Shown one piece after another: positions 1 to 9,844 of a DNA stretch of 64,000 bases; the stretch's first letter is position 1; every line of letters begins with the position of its first letter. Position numbers and translations under genes: made by a program. Below the pieces are notes generated by a model. It was given only the letters and a program-made list of their open reading frames with translations, ran no database searches and was not told the DNA's origin. The DNA is from Promethearchaeota archaeon (GTDB lineage Archaea > Asgardarchaeota > Lokiarchaeia > Sigyniarchaeales > SOKP01), in the NCBI GenBank assembly GCA_016839585.1, contig JAEOTZ010000058.1, positions 32,001 through 96,000 of the forward strand, written 5' to 3'.

Positions 1-2
1 CC

Positions 3-521
3 TTACTTCCCGACACTTCCGGTGGGGGAAGAGAAAATGTGTTGGAACTCATTGATTTAGCTATTAGCGTACCAAAACCTTATTTTCACCATAAAATTTG
101 TTATGATCCCTACAAACATTATAGCCATATTCCAGAATTCATTGAAGCATGGAAAGAAGCAGATCTGGAAAATATGATTACCGTATTTCCTATGGCTCTC
201 GAAAGAAAGACAAATAGACTTGTTGGAATGTTAATCGGAGTCCTTGATTATTACCAGTATTGGAATGGCAATTATATATCTCGAGTAAATGTTCATACTG
301 CTATGGTACGAAAAGGATATAATGGAATGGGGATCTTTTCTTCCTTAAACAATTTTGGACAGGCAACCAATAGGTCTATGTGGGGGCTAACATATTATGA
401 AGGAACGGCAATTTGGTCTAAAAATTCGAAGGGTGTCAATAATGATAAGGCCATAAGTTCAATATTCCCTCACTGTAAGCCAATTAGAAGGCATGTGGTA
501 TTTGAAAAACGCCTTAAGTAA
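3..521 (+). CDS. GNAT-like acetyltransferase, C-terminal part (5'-truncated by window edge)
   Basis: Frame is open from position 3; GNAT motif-A-like segment VHTAMVRKGYNGMGIFSSL. Confidence 0.6.
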   Translation, partial: LLPDTSGGGRENVLELIDLAISVPKPYFHHKICYDPYKHYSHIPEFIEAWKEADLENMITVFPMALERKTNRLVGMLIGVLDYYQYWNGNYISRVNVHTAMVRKGYNGMGIFSSLNNFGQATNRSMWGLTYYEGTAIWSKNSKGVNNDKAISSIFPHCKPIRRHVVFEKRLK

Positions 522-659
522 ATTATTCTTTAAGAAGAAAAATAAAATTTATTTTTATAAAATTTAAAATAATCTCATTTTTTCTCTTTTTCTTTAAATA
601 TGCTGAATTGAAAATAATAATAATAATAATTCTAATTACAGATTTAAATTTGACATTTT

Positions 660-812
660 ATGACCGAAAGCAGGCATATTGAATATGATATCCCTTGGAA
701 ATGGAGTGAAGAACAAATAAAAGAGAAAATAAGAAAAAACAAGGTTGTTAACAAAATTCGAAACGATCTACTGAAAACAAGATTAGTGAAAAATGATGGC
801 AGGATTAGATAG
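660..812 (+). CDS. small hypothetical protein (50 aa)
   Basis: ATG-started ORF MTESRHIEYDIPWKWSEEQ..., overlaps start of next ORF; below ORF-track cutoff. Confidence 0.3.
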   Translation: MTESRHIEYDIPWKWSEEQIKEKIRKNKVVNKIRNDLLKTRLVKNDGRIR

Positions 813-1197
813 AATGTATGATGCTCAGGCAGATATTCAAGGCTATATCGAAAAAAGTATTAGAGAACTATTAGAAGAGGATATGAATGAATTACAAGAT
901 CCTAATTGGGTGCAAGCAGCAACACTTTTTGGGCATGTGGTTATCCCATGTGAGTCGTATATAAGGGATTATTGGTATGATTTAGCAAAAGATATTGTAA
1001 AGAAAGCAGAACAGCATGATAATCGAGTTGTGTATCAAGATATTTCTCCTAGGTTGTATAATCAAGAAGTAATCGATTCTCATTCCGTCGATGTGAACAA
1101 TTTACCTGATGGTGCTAATGTGGTGGAGTATGGGAATCTCATTGAAAAGATCAAGAAATGGATGACCAATTTTAAAAAGACTATGGCTCAATTTTAA
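793..1197 (+). CDS. hypothetical protein (134 aa, acidic)
   Basis: ORF track; protein-like composition, no recognised motif. Confidence 0.65.
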   Translation: MMAGLDRMYDAQADIQGYIEKSIRELLEEDMNELQDPNWVQAATLFGHVVIPCESYIRDYWYDLAKDIVKKAEQHDNRVVYQDISPRLYNQEVIDSHSVDVNNLPDGANVVEYGNLIEKIKKWMTNFKKTMAQF

Positions 1198-1219
1198 AAC
1201 TTTTTAAAAAGGTAACAAT

Positions 1220-1468
1220 TTATTTTATATGTCGAATCAAGAATTCTTCAAGTTCCTTTATTAAATCATCTTTACATTGAGGATTCGACCAATCCCCTTT
1301 ATTAAATAGATCCTCCTCTGTTGCTTTACGTTGTAATCCTAATTTGGCAATTACATAATAAACATGGCGATAAAAATCGCTAAATTCGTCCTCAGAACAG
1401 ATCTCATCTAAAGCTAACTGGAACAATAGCTTTCTTGCTTGCTCAATTTTTTTATTCTCTGCATTCAT
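1220..1468 (-). CDS. hypothetical small helical protein (82 aa)
   Basis: ORF track; no recognised motif. Confidence 0.55.
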   Translation of the reverse strand: MNAENKKIEQARKLLFQLALDEICSEDEFSDFYRHVYYVIAKLGLQRKATEEDLFNKGDWSNPQCKDDLIKELEEFLIRHIK

Positions 1469-1577
1469 TTATCGTATAAAGAGAATAAAGAATGATTAAA
1501 AACGAAGAGTCTACAGAAATTTTTTATAAAATTCAGATTTATTATCGGAATTTAGCTAAATTTAGCAAAAATATTAA

Positions 1578-1820
1578 AATGCAAATGATAGCTGTCACAT
1601 CAATTATATTTCGAATTATTGCTTTTTCTTTAACTATCTTTATTCCACTAAGTTATTAAAAGTGATTTATGATGATGTGGATTTCTTAGATAACTATAAT
1701 CCTTTAAAGAATTTGAAATGGAGCGAAAAAGATAAGAGATGGATGAATCAGAAGTTATTTAATGAGAAATTTGAACCAGTACACCCCCCATTAATCCCTG
1801 AAGAAGCGGACGAGAGTTAA
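1578..1820 (+). pseudogene. probable gene remnant / small hypothetical
   Basis: Open frame ...KVIYDDVDFLDNYNPLKNLKWSEKDKRWMNQKLFNEKFEPVHPPLIPEEADES*; only start is GTG at 1662. Confidence 0.3.
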
Positions 1821-2101
1821 ATATTATTATGTGATATGTCTAAACAAATCTTTATCTAAGAGATAATATTATTATCTATTTAAAAATTAAATCTATAAGA
1901 TTGATGAACTTATTCACCAGACTTTAATAATTCCTCATATCTTCTTTTTGCTTTTAGATATGCCCTTAAAAAAAGCAATCCTATGAAAGGAAAATAAGGG
2001 TAATTATCGGGATAATCCAGAATGTTCTTTACTTCTTATTTTGAACTTATATAATACTTATATAAAATTTTTAAAAAAAAAAATTAAATTTAGATTTTTA
2101 A

Positions 2102-2506
2102 TTATTCTTGAATACTCCGAGATCTTCTGATAAAAATTGCAATAGTAGATACTGCCGCTGCTAACGATATGAATCCTATCAGTAAAATCGGAACCCAATT
2201 AATTTCTGATGGTTTAGAGATTGTAGGTTCTCCAATTGTAAACACATAGTCGTTCTCATCATACCCACTCCCACCAAACCCATCGTCAACAGTCACCCTA
2301 ATTAATACCGTATCGCAAAAGTCTATACCGCTAATATCCCAATCATAATAATTCCCACTAACACTAGTTTCTATCAAACGCCATCCAGTATTGGCAAGAT
2401 TATATGCAATTGTAAACGTAAGATTATCGCCATCAGGATCCAAAGCAGACCATTCGATTCTCAAGGTATTTTCGAAAACTTCATTTCCATTCGGCTTGTA
2501 ATGAGT
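2102..2506 (-). pseudogene. C-terminal fragment of a membrane-anchored surface protein (Ig-like domain + TM tail)
   Basis: KPNGNE...IEWSALDPDGD...YYDWDIS...IRVTVDDG beta-sandwich pattern and C-terminal TM plus basic tail; in-frame TAG just upstream, no signal peptide. Confidence 0.6.
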
Positions 2507-2759
2507 CTAGTTTTTTAATTTCATTAGTAAATTCAGTAAAAACTTCAGCAAATGTTATTGATAATCGTATAAAAACTAAATAATCGAATATCTCGAAAAA
2601 GAAATTCAATATATTCTTTAGATTTCAAATGTTCAAATAAAAAGGTGCCCTTTAAATATTCAGGAGAAAAACAAAAAGTAATAGTTTGATCACTATTTTT
2701 CTCTATTTTTTAAGAGAATATAATGGAAGGATTTTTAGTTGTAGCATACTATTTCTCTC

Positions 2760-5700
2760 ATGCCTTCCATTTTTCTCTCATCATTAAATTTTATAATTTT
2801 TGAACTCTATCGGAGTCATCCTGTGATGCCTCAAATAGTGTTATATAATCCAATTGTATTAAGCGAACAATGGTATAATCAATTACAACCTGATTTAGGT
2901 CATTTAGTTGTACAAGTGCAATGTCCAGAGTGTGCTATCTCATCAGGAATGGGTGCCTATAATATGAGCTATGTGGAGAATCAAGCGGGATATAAGGCAA
3001 AGATTCCTCTGTTCAGTAATGGTTTTGAATATCCAATTAGCCATATATCCATTGATTTTGTAAAGGGTCATCCTCAAGATGGTGTAAGTTATTTTGCTCA
3101 GGATCTTGTTATCAATGAGTCTTATTATTCCATTGATAGTGGTAATCTATATTTCACCATGCCTGTTGAAGAGATTATATCTGAAAAGTATCAATTTTAT
3201 GATGATGTCTTGCATGAAATAAGGATAGGGAGCTATGCTGATTCTAATATTTATTATGATATGCATATCTATTTTGATATTTTTATACCCGACACCACCG
3301 AAGAAACGCATAATTTGGCATTAGCTCAGGCTACCTCTTATGCCATTATGGACTACTTTAATCAATATACCTATGCTGAAATCACGGCTAATATGATTTC
3401 TGAGATTGCCTATACTGAATCAGTTACCTTCTGGTCTACCTTAATTAGTGCCCCCTTAATGTGGTTTGGATCGTGGACTACAAAGGGAACAGAGACTGCC
3501 TTAGGGCAGGCAGGATCGAAGTCAATTGGTGCTGTGATCGCAAAAGGGATGGCGCAGGTAATTACTGCTCCTATTAAGGAAGTATTTGAAGAGATTATTA
3601 AAGATGGCTTCATTGAGGCATTCGCAGAGGGTCTTACTGATATTATGGGCTGGGCTGAAGATGTTGGATTTTGGATATCTTCGATGGCTACTTCTGGTAG
3701 GGAGACGGTGGGATCGTTAGGAAAAATTGCGTTGGGAAAGACTGGTGTAAAAGCTAATTTTAAGAATGCAGTTGCTTTAAGTAGAGCTGTAGCTGCAGGT
3801 GATATGAAGGCAGTGGCTGATATTCAGCAAAAAATTAAGCAAGAGGCACAACAACAACTAGAGCTTGCCCAGCAGAGAGAGCAGGACAAGAGTATGTGGC
3901 AGAAGCTAATAGGATCTAATTTCTTTAAGGGGTTCACAATGATGATGCCAGGCTTGTTTGTTGGAACTTTCGACTTTTTATCATTTGCGGGGCTGAGTAA
4001 TATGCTTGCTGGAGCTATTAATATTGTCCCTAGCGCATATGCACATTATAGGGCAAAGATTCAGGCATATAAGAGTAATAAGATTACAAAGGTTGTGGGG
4101 GATAAGGCACTCTATTCCTATGATATTTTAGTAAAACAGATGAAAAAGCCAGCAGATATCGATGGTGAAGCTCTTAATAATTTATTTAGAGGATTACAAG
4201 AGACGGGTATCATTAATGAACCTGCAATCGATATTTCCGTCCTCTTTAATCCTAATCCAATACAGACTCAGCAGATTGAAATTTTTAGCAAATTTCAAGA
4301 ACTCTCATCAGCTAAAAGTATCCAAGAGAAATTTCAATACAAGAGAGAAGATGAGAAAATGCTAGATGAGGAACAAATTTATAGACCTACTATACATAAG
4401 ACCGAAATTTCTATTGCTGATGAGGAAGGAGTATTCTCTAGTTTTGACAGAGACCTAATAGAATATCTCTATAATGAGTTTTTGTTGCTTGAAGATAGGC
4501 AACCTCAAAAAGCCCCTGATAAGAAGATCTCAAGAATTCCTTTCCCTGTAGATTTACTGAGGGATGCGATTGACATGCTTAGTTCAACATGCTACGATGG
4601 ATTACCAGTTATTGTTGAAAAAGAGCAAGATATTGCTATAAATGATGAGATTTCTAGTAAAATCATCAATAAAATAGAGAGCGGTCTACAAATCAATAAA
4701 CTTGAAAGAATCATTATGGATGTTGGAATCCTCATAGCAGGAGGTTATCAAATTGATGGAAAGGTAAATTCAGAGTCTGATTTCAATGAAAATTCCATTG
4801 AAAAAATTAAGGAAAATCAAGACAAACTGATTGTAGCAAAAGTATTAGGAGTATCAATGTATCCAATATTAAAACCGGGAACAGATGTTCCTATAAAAAC
4901 AATGCCACAAGGCTATAAATACAAAACGGGAGACATCATCGTTTTCAGTAGAGACGGAGTGAATATTATTCATCAAATTATAGATAGTTATGTTTATAAC
5001 GGTAAAATATATTATGTCACAAGTGGTTTAAATCCTGATACAAATCCTTATGTAGATAGTTCAACAATTTCAGAAGAACATATCATTGGGAAGGCTGATA
5101 TCTCTAAAGAAGCATTGGCAGGTATCGATGAACTTGTTAAGCAAGGAAGAGTACATTATATCGGAGCCTTTGGGCTGATTAATTATGGTGATTCAGAGGT
5201 TTATAGATCTGTCTTCGAAGATGGATTCAATAAATTACGTGAGCAAATTGAAACCTTAGATAAATCTTACAAAGAAAAACTATTAAATGAATTCCTAAAA
5301 GAAAATCTATTTGATACTCTTGTAGAATACTCTCAATATAAGGAAAATGAATATAAAGAATATGCTGAAAAAGATGGTGTAATAAAAAGTATCCATAATC
5401 CAACATGGAATAATGATGATAATGCAAAAAGAGTACAACGATTATTATGGGGAATTTTAACTGATTTTCGACATCCACTTACAGGTGAAAAAATAGATAA
5501 TCTTGAGGAATGGTTATCTTTTTCACTTCATCATTGGAGGACATCAGATGGTCAACTAAATAATAAGTATGATTGTAGGTTTTTATCACTTATCCCATTA
5601 CCAAGAGCAGGGGATAAAGGACATTCTCAAATCACTGCTCAAATCAGGATTGATGAGAATAGAGGTCTTTATTGGGAGAATGAAATAAGAAAAGCAATTA

Positions 5701-5855
5701 AATCAATTTTCGAAGGTGAGGCACCAAAAAGCTGGATTCCCTCATCTAAAGATGCCTTTAATACATATGCAAAGTCAATTAAACAAGTGAGAGAATTAAT
5801 AAAAATGTTCATAGCACATGATCCAAATTTTATGAAAGAATTAAAACTAATATAG
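2760..5855 (+). CDS. large multidomain protein, putative polymorphic toxin (Gly/Ala-rich hydrophobic region, S26 peptidase-like domain, C-terminal HNH-like nuclease)
   Basis: GVSMYP..GDIIVF..IIHQII..YVTSGLN..D..IIGKA (S26B signal peptidase pattern, ~4830-5100); SLHHW..NNKYD..LIPL..GHSQI (HNH-like, ~5460-5640). Confidence 0.6.
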   Translation: MPSIFLSSLNFIIFELYRSHPVMPQIVLYNPIVLSEQWYNQLQPDLGHLVVQVQCPECAISSGMGAYNMSYVENQAGYKAKIPLFSNGFEYPISHISIDFVKGHPQDGVSYFAQDLVINESYYSIDSGNLYFTMPVEEIISEKYQFYDDVLHEIRIGSYADSNIYYDMHIYFDIFIPDTTEETHNLALAQATSYAIMDYFNQYTYAEITANMISEIAYTESVTFWSTLISAPLMWFGSWTTKGTETALGQAGSKSIGAVIAKGMAQVITAPIKEVFEEIIKDGFIEAFAEGLTDIMGWAEDVGFWISSMATSGRETVGSLGKIALGKTGVKANFKNAVALSRAVAAGDMKAVADIQQKIKQEAQQQLELAQQREQDKSMWQKLIGSNFFKGFTMMMPGLFVGTFDFLSFAGLSNMLAGAINIVPSAYAHYRAKIQAYKSNKITKVVGDKALYSYDILVKQMKKPADIDGEALNNLFRGLQETGIINEPAIDISVLFNPNPIQTQQIEIFSKFQELSSAKSIQEKFQYKREDEKMLDEEQIYRPTIHKTEISIADEEGVFSSFDRDLIEYLYNEFLLLEDRQPQKAPDKKISRIPFPVDLLRDAIDMLSSTCYDGLPVIVEKEQDIAINDEISSKIINKIESGLQINKLERIIMDVGILIAGGYQIDGKVNSESDFNENSIEKIKENQDKLIVAKVLGVSMYPILKPGTDVPIKTMPQGYKYKTGDIIVFSRDGVNIIHQIIDSYVYNGKIYYVTSGLNPDTNPYVDSSTISEEHIIGKADISKEALAGIDELVKQGRVHYIGAFGLINYGDSEVYRSVFEDGFNKLREQIETLDKSYKEKLLNEFLKENLFDTLVEYSQYKENEYKEYAEKDGVIKSIHNPTWNNDDNAKRVQRLLWGILTDFRHPLTGEKIDNLEEWLSFSLHHWRTSDGQLNNKYDCRFLSLIPLPRAGDKGHSQITAQIRIDENRGLYWENEIRKAIKSIFEGEAPKSWIPSSKDAFNTYAKSIKQVRELIKMFIAHDPNFMKELKLI

Positions 5856-5915
5856 TAATTTAAATATCATTTTTTTTTAATTAAATTAATGAATAAGGAG
5901 ATAAATGTATAAAAT

Positions 5916-6752
5916 ATGTTTTTTGGAGCAGAATTAGGTACAAAACGTAATGGATTGTCTAGTGAAGAACTTGAAATTATTGAGAAAATCGAATTAGGAA
6001 CTGTTGAGAAAACGTACATAAAAGTTAATGATAATTATAAAATAATATCATTAGATATAATGGACAATAAAATCGATCATATACCCGAGGAGATTCATAA
6101 ATTAAAATTTTTAGAAAGATTAACTATAAAAGCGAAAAAATTAAGTGAATTACCTGCTACGATAGGAAGTCTTTCAAATTTAAAGCATTTAATAATTTTT
6201 GAAAGTAATATTACAACTTTACCAAATTCAATAAAAAAATTAACTAATCTTGAAGAGTTGTTATTGAGTAAAAGCAACATAAAATATTTTCCCTTACAAA
6301 TTTCTGAGCTAAATAGTTTAGATTCACTTAGTTTAAATAATAATCAAATAAGAGAACTTCCTGAACTTATTGGAGATTTAATTAATTTACAATATCTATT
6401 TTTAAATGATAATAATATAGAGAATCTTCCCGAATCGATCTGTAACCTTAAAAATATTGACACATTTATTCTTGATAATAATCAAATAGAAGAACTTCCA
6501 GAAGATATTGGTAATATGAGCAATCTTGGAACTCTAAAAGTTAAGAATAATAAATTGAATTCACTTCCTAATTCTTTTATGAATTTGAAATGGTTAAGCG
6601 GTTTAGATTTAAGTGGGAATCGCTTCAAAGAGTTTCCAGAAGTATTAAAGAAGGTAAATCTATATGAACTTGACATTTCAGGAAATCCTATAAAGGAATT
6701 ACCAAAAAAACTTAAGAACATTAGATTAAAGGAAGATGGAAAGTATATTTAG
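5916..6752 (+). CDS. leucine-rich repeat protein (candidate immunity protein)
   Basis: About 9-10 tandem 23-aa LRRs of the type LPxxIgxLxxLxxLxLxxNxI. Confidence 0.9.
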   Translation: MFFGAELGTKRNGLSSEELEIIEKIELGTVEKTYIKVNDNYKIISLDIMDNKIDHIPEEIHKLKFLERLTIKAKKLSELPATIGSLSNLKHLIIFESNITTLPNSIKKLTNLEELLLSKSNIKYFPLQISELNSLDSLSLNNNQIRELPELIGDLINLQYLFLNDNNIENLPESICNLKNIDTFILDNNQIEELPEDIGNMSNLGTLKVKNNKLNSLPNSFMNLKWLSGLDLSGNRFKEFPEVLKKVNLYELDISGNPIKELPKKLKNIRLKEDGKYI

Positions 6753-6896
6753 ACAATTATTTAAAATTCTCCCTCCCCCGTGGTGCCCCCTCCTAAAAAA
6801 GTAAGAGATTTTAAAATTAAGTACTATTTAATTGATAAATGAAATGATACTAAAACCAATCACTCATTTTAGTTTGAGGTTCAAACAAATCTTTCT

Positions 6897-8006
6897 TTAA
6901 ATCCCCGTTTTTATACTCCCTGCTCTAGAATTTGTCATTACTTTATCTTTTTCAGGAATTAAAGCTAAGATATCAATTCTTTTATAATGACTCCCTTTTA
7001 TTCTTTTAACCATTTTTCCCGAGCTAATTTCCCAAATAATGATATCGGATTCACAACTAGTTGCCACATATTTTCCATCTGGGGAAATAGCAAAATGTGA
7101 AAATCATATATTTTCTTCCAGTTTTCCATTAATCGACCTAATAAGATCTCCCGTTTGTATTTTCCATATTTTTAAAGCGTTTTTCTCGTTGGAATATCCC
7201 GCTGAGCTGCTAATTAGTGTTTTATCATCTATAGAAGTTTTAATATCGCCAATTTCGTAAGGATGTTCTTCAATCTTTCTGATAAGCTTTTTATATTTTA
7301 GACTAAAAATAGAAATGGTCTTATCAAACGAACTACAAATTAAAAAATTGCTACTTGGAGATATATGTATATTCGTAATATGTCCGCTATGTGGCAATTT
7401 AATAGTATCCCGTCTAAAAGTCTTAAAATCGTAAATGTTAACCTCCGATCTCCATCCACCTCCAATGACTAAATGTTCGACGTCAGGAGAAATGGCGACA
7501 TGATTTACTTCTCTATTATAATCACTAATAGTTCGCACTAAATCACCTGTTTCAATATCCCAGATTTGAGCATTATTAGCTTTGGGGTTGAATTCACTGC
7601 TCGATCCCACAACTATTTTTTTTCCGTTTTTCGATATTGCAACGGCAGTAAAGGATGATTCTTCCTCATTGTAAATGGTTTGAATAATTTTTCCAGTTCT
7701 TAGTTCCCATACTCTTACGTAATTGTTAGAATACCCTACTACAAGTCTATCATCAGAGGATATAACAAACCCGTTTGAAACACCAGTTAGACCTTCTAAT
7801 GTTCTCACAAAGTTTCCAGTACTGAATTCCCATATCTTTATGGTTTGATCCCATGAACTAGTTAAAAAGTATTTCCCATCATGAGTAAAAGAAATACAGC
7901 AAATTTGTTTATTGTGCCCAAAATTGGAAGTTAAACGGAATCCTTTGATTAAACCTTGCTTTTGTTCCACATATTCCTTAGGATGCTTTAAATATTCTTG
8001 TTGCAT
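6897..8006 (-). pseudogene. WD40-repeat protein with premature in-frame TGA (7104-7106)
   Basis: WD repeats (GH..SWDQTIKIWE); homology continues in frame past the TGA: FSHFAISPDGKYVATSCESDIIIWEISSGK. Confidence 0.8.
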
Positions 8007-8088
8007 AGCGAATTTCTCTTAAGTTTTTTGTCTTATATTTGTATAGGATACTCAAAATTATAAATTATTTTAAATCCTTGAGTGCTGA

Positions 8089-8328
8089 ATTTTTCTGATA
8101 TATATCAATAAACAATTAAATTTTACTTTTTTTAACTTTTCTTGGGCTTCTGAAGAGACAACTAAAATTATACAAGACCTTAATGATAAATGGTGGGAAA
8201 TTGAACGTCCCCTAAGAGCTTCTATAGTTATATGTCCCATATGCAATAGACATAATAAGAATATGGTGTATCATAAGAAATCTAAAACGTGGTTCTGCGA
8301 GGAGCATTATATAGTACAGGTTAGTTAA
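8089..8328 (+). pseudogene. start-less fragment of a Zn-ribbon protein related to 18057-18497
   Basis: Open frame ...RASIVICPICNRHNKNMVYHKKSKTWFCEEHY; no ATG/GTG/TTG upstream of the Cys motif. Confidence 0.5.
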
Positions 8329-8596
8329 GTAGAAATAATGTATGTAGACACAATAGATCATATACTTCCAATAATGAATACAAAATTCCCCTCCAAATAC
8401 CTTACACTTTTTATTTTGTAATTTTATCGCTTTTTTTTCAAGATCAAAATGTCGCCATAGTTAATTTATTGACCAACTGTAAAAAATTATTAATAATAAT
8501 TTTAATAATAATTATAAGAAAATTAATATAATAATTCTCATTGAATTCGTACAATTATTAAAGATATTAAAAAAATTTATAGACGAGGCGTCGATA

Positions 8597-9004
8597 TTGA
8601 AAGACGTTAAAATTATAACTATTGACAATCGTGGTAGAATTGTCATCCCTTTGGTTACTCGTAAAAGTTTAGGTCTTACAACTAATACTCAATTAATGTT
8701 AGTGAGTGACTCAGAAACTAAAGAGATAAAAATAACACCAGTAGGTATTTCAGAGGAAGAGAAGCCAATAAAATTCAGGATCACTATGGAGGATATCCCA
8801 GGAGCTTTAGCTAAAATTGCTACAACTTTTGGAGAGATGGGGATTTCTTTAATATATGGTGAGTCTGTAATTGTAGAGAAGGATAAAATAGCGATTTGGA
8901 CTGTGATTAGTCCCACTCCAAAAGAAATTACTTTGGAGGAACTAAGAGAGAAGTTAATAGAAAACGGAGAAGCGCTTAATGTTGAGGTTCTTCCATTAGA
9001 TTAA
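8597..9004 (+). CDS. AbrB/MazE-SpoVT DNA-binding domain + ACT domain regulator
   Basis: TIDNRGRIVIP (AbrB); MEDIPGALAKIATTFGEMGISL (ACT). Confidence 0.85.
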   Translation: MKDVKIITIDNRGRIVIPLVTRKSLGLTTNTQLMLVSDSETKEIKITPVGISEEEKPIKFRITMEDIPGALAKIATTFGEMGISLIYGESVIVEKDKIAIWTVISPTPKEITLEELREKLIENGEALNVEVLPLD

Positions 9005-9051
9005 ATTAGAAATAATTATAAAGGCTGTATTAGACATAGAGGTTAGTGTAA

Positions 9052-9795
9052 ATGGGTAAAAAGAAAAAAAAAGCACAAAAGAAAGGAAAAATACAAGAAA
9101 AACCCGAACAGGATGCAGAGGTTGCAGGTTATCGATTAGGTAATGCTTTACAATCAGCAAAAAAAACGGAAACAACCTTACAAACTTTATTAAAGGGAGT
9201 ATCTGAAGGAGATGGATTTGTATATCCGAAAAAAGAAACACAAAGGATTAAACCACAGTTATCACATGAGAGTAAAAGAAGAATAGCTGAAACTTATGTA
9301 CTGGAAGATGTTCCTATAACTGAACAACTATTAGTTAAAAAAGGTGCAAGAACTCCAATAACGACGGTAGGTAAACCAACCCAACCTCCTATTACATCAA
9401 CAAAAGTAGAACCTTCCTTTATTAAAAAGGAAAATATCTATAAAAGATTAGCTGAATTTTTCGAAGAATTATTAAATGGGTATACAGAGAGATATAATCG
9501 CTGGGAAAATTCAATATCTGGTATTTTAGGTATAATACGTAAAATGCGTAAAATTACAAAGAAAAATACAGAAGATCTAGTCGAATCAATCAAGAATTTG
9601 TATGAGAAAATTCAGATAAATTTGGAACAGTTCAAAGTAAAACGCAAAGAGGTTGAGAAAGTAGCGGGAGTAGATATTGAATCAATGTCAAATGAATTTA
9701 AACGAGTTTTAGGAATACTTGAATTGCAAATAAAAGAATACCAATTAAAGAAGGTAGTAGATGACTATATACATGAACAAAAACAATTGATTTAG
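9052..9795 (+). CDS. hypothetical protein, basic disordered N-terminus and helical/coiled-coil C-terminus
   Basis: ORF track; GAGGT upstream; composition. Confidence 0.8.
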   Translation: MGKKKKKAQKKGKIQEKPEQDAEVAGYRLGNALQSAKKTETTLQTLLKGVSEGDGFVYPKKETQRIKPQLSHESKRRIAETYVLEDVPITEQLLVKKGARTPITTVGKPTQPPITSTKVEPSFIKKENIYKRLAEFFEELLNGYTERYNRWENSISGILGIIRKMRKITKKNTEDLVESIKNLYEKIQINLEQFKVKRKEVEKVAGVDIESMSNEFKRVLGILELQIKEYQLKKVVDDYIHEQKQLI

Positions 9796-9844
9796 TAAAT
9801 ATATTACCTATACTTTTATAAAATAAAATATTTTAGGATTTCAA

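Noticed and set aside
2644-6788. GGTGCCC on both sides of the toxin-LRR cassette as recombination sites
   Set aside because: Only 7 bp, and the same word also occurs inside an unrelated gene near 39187
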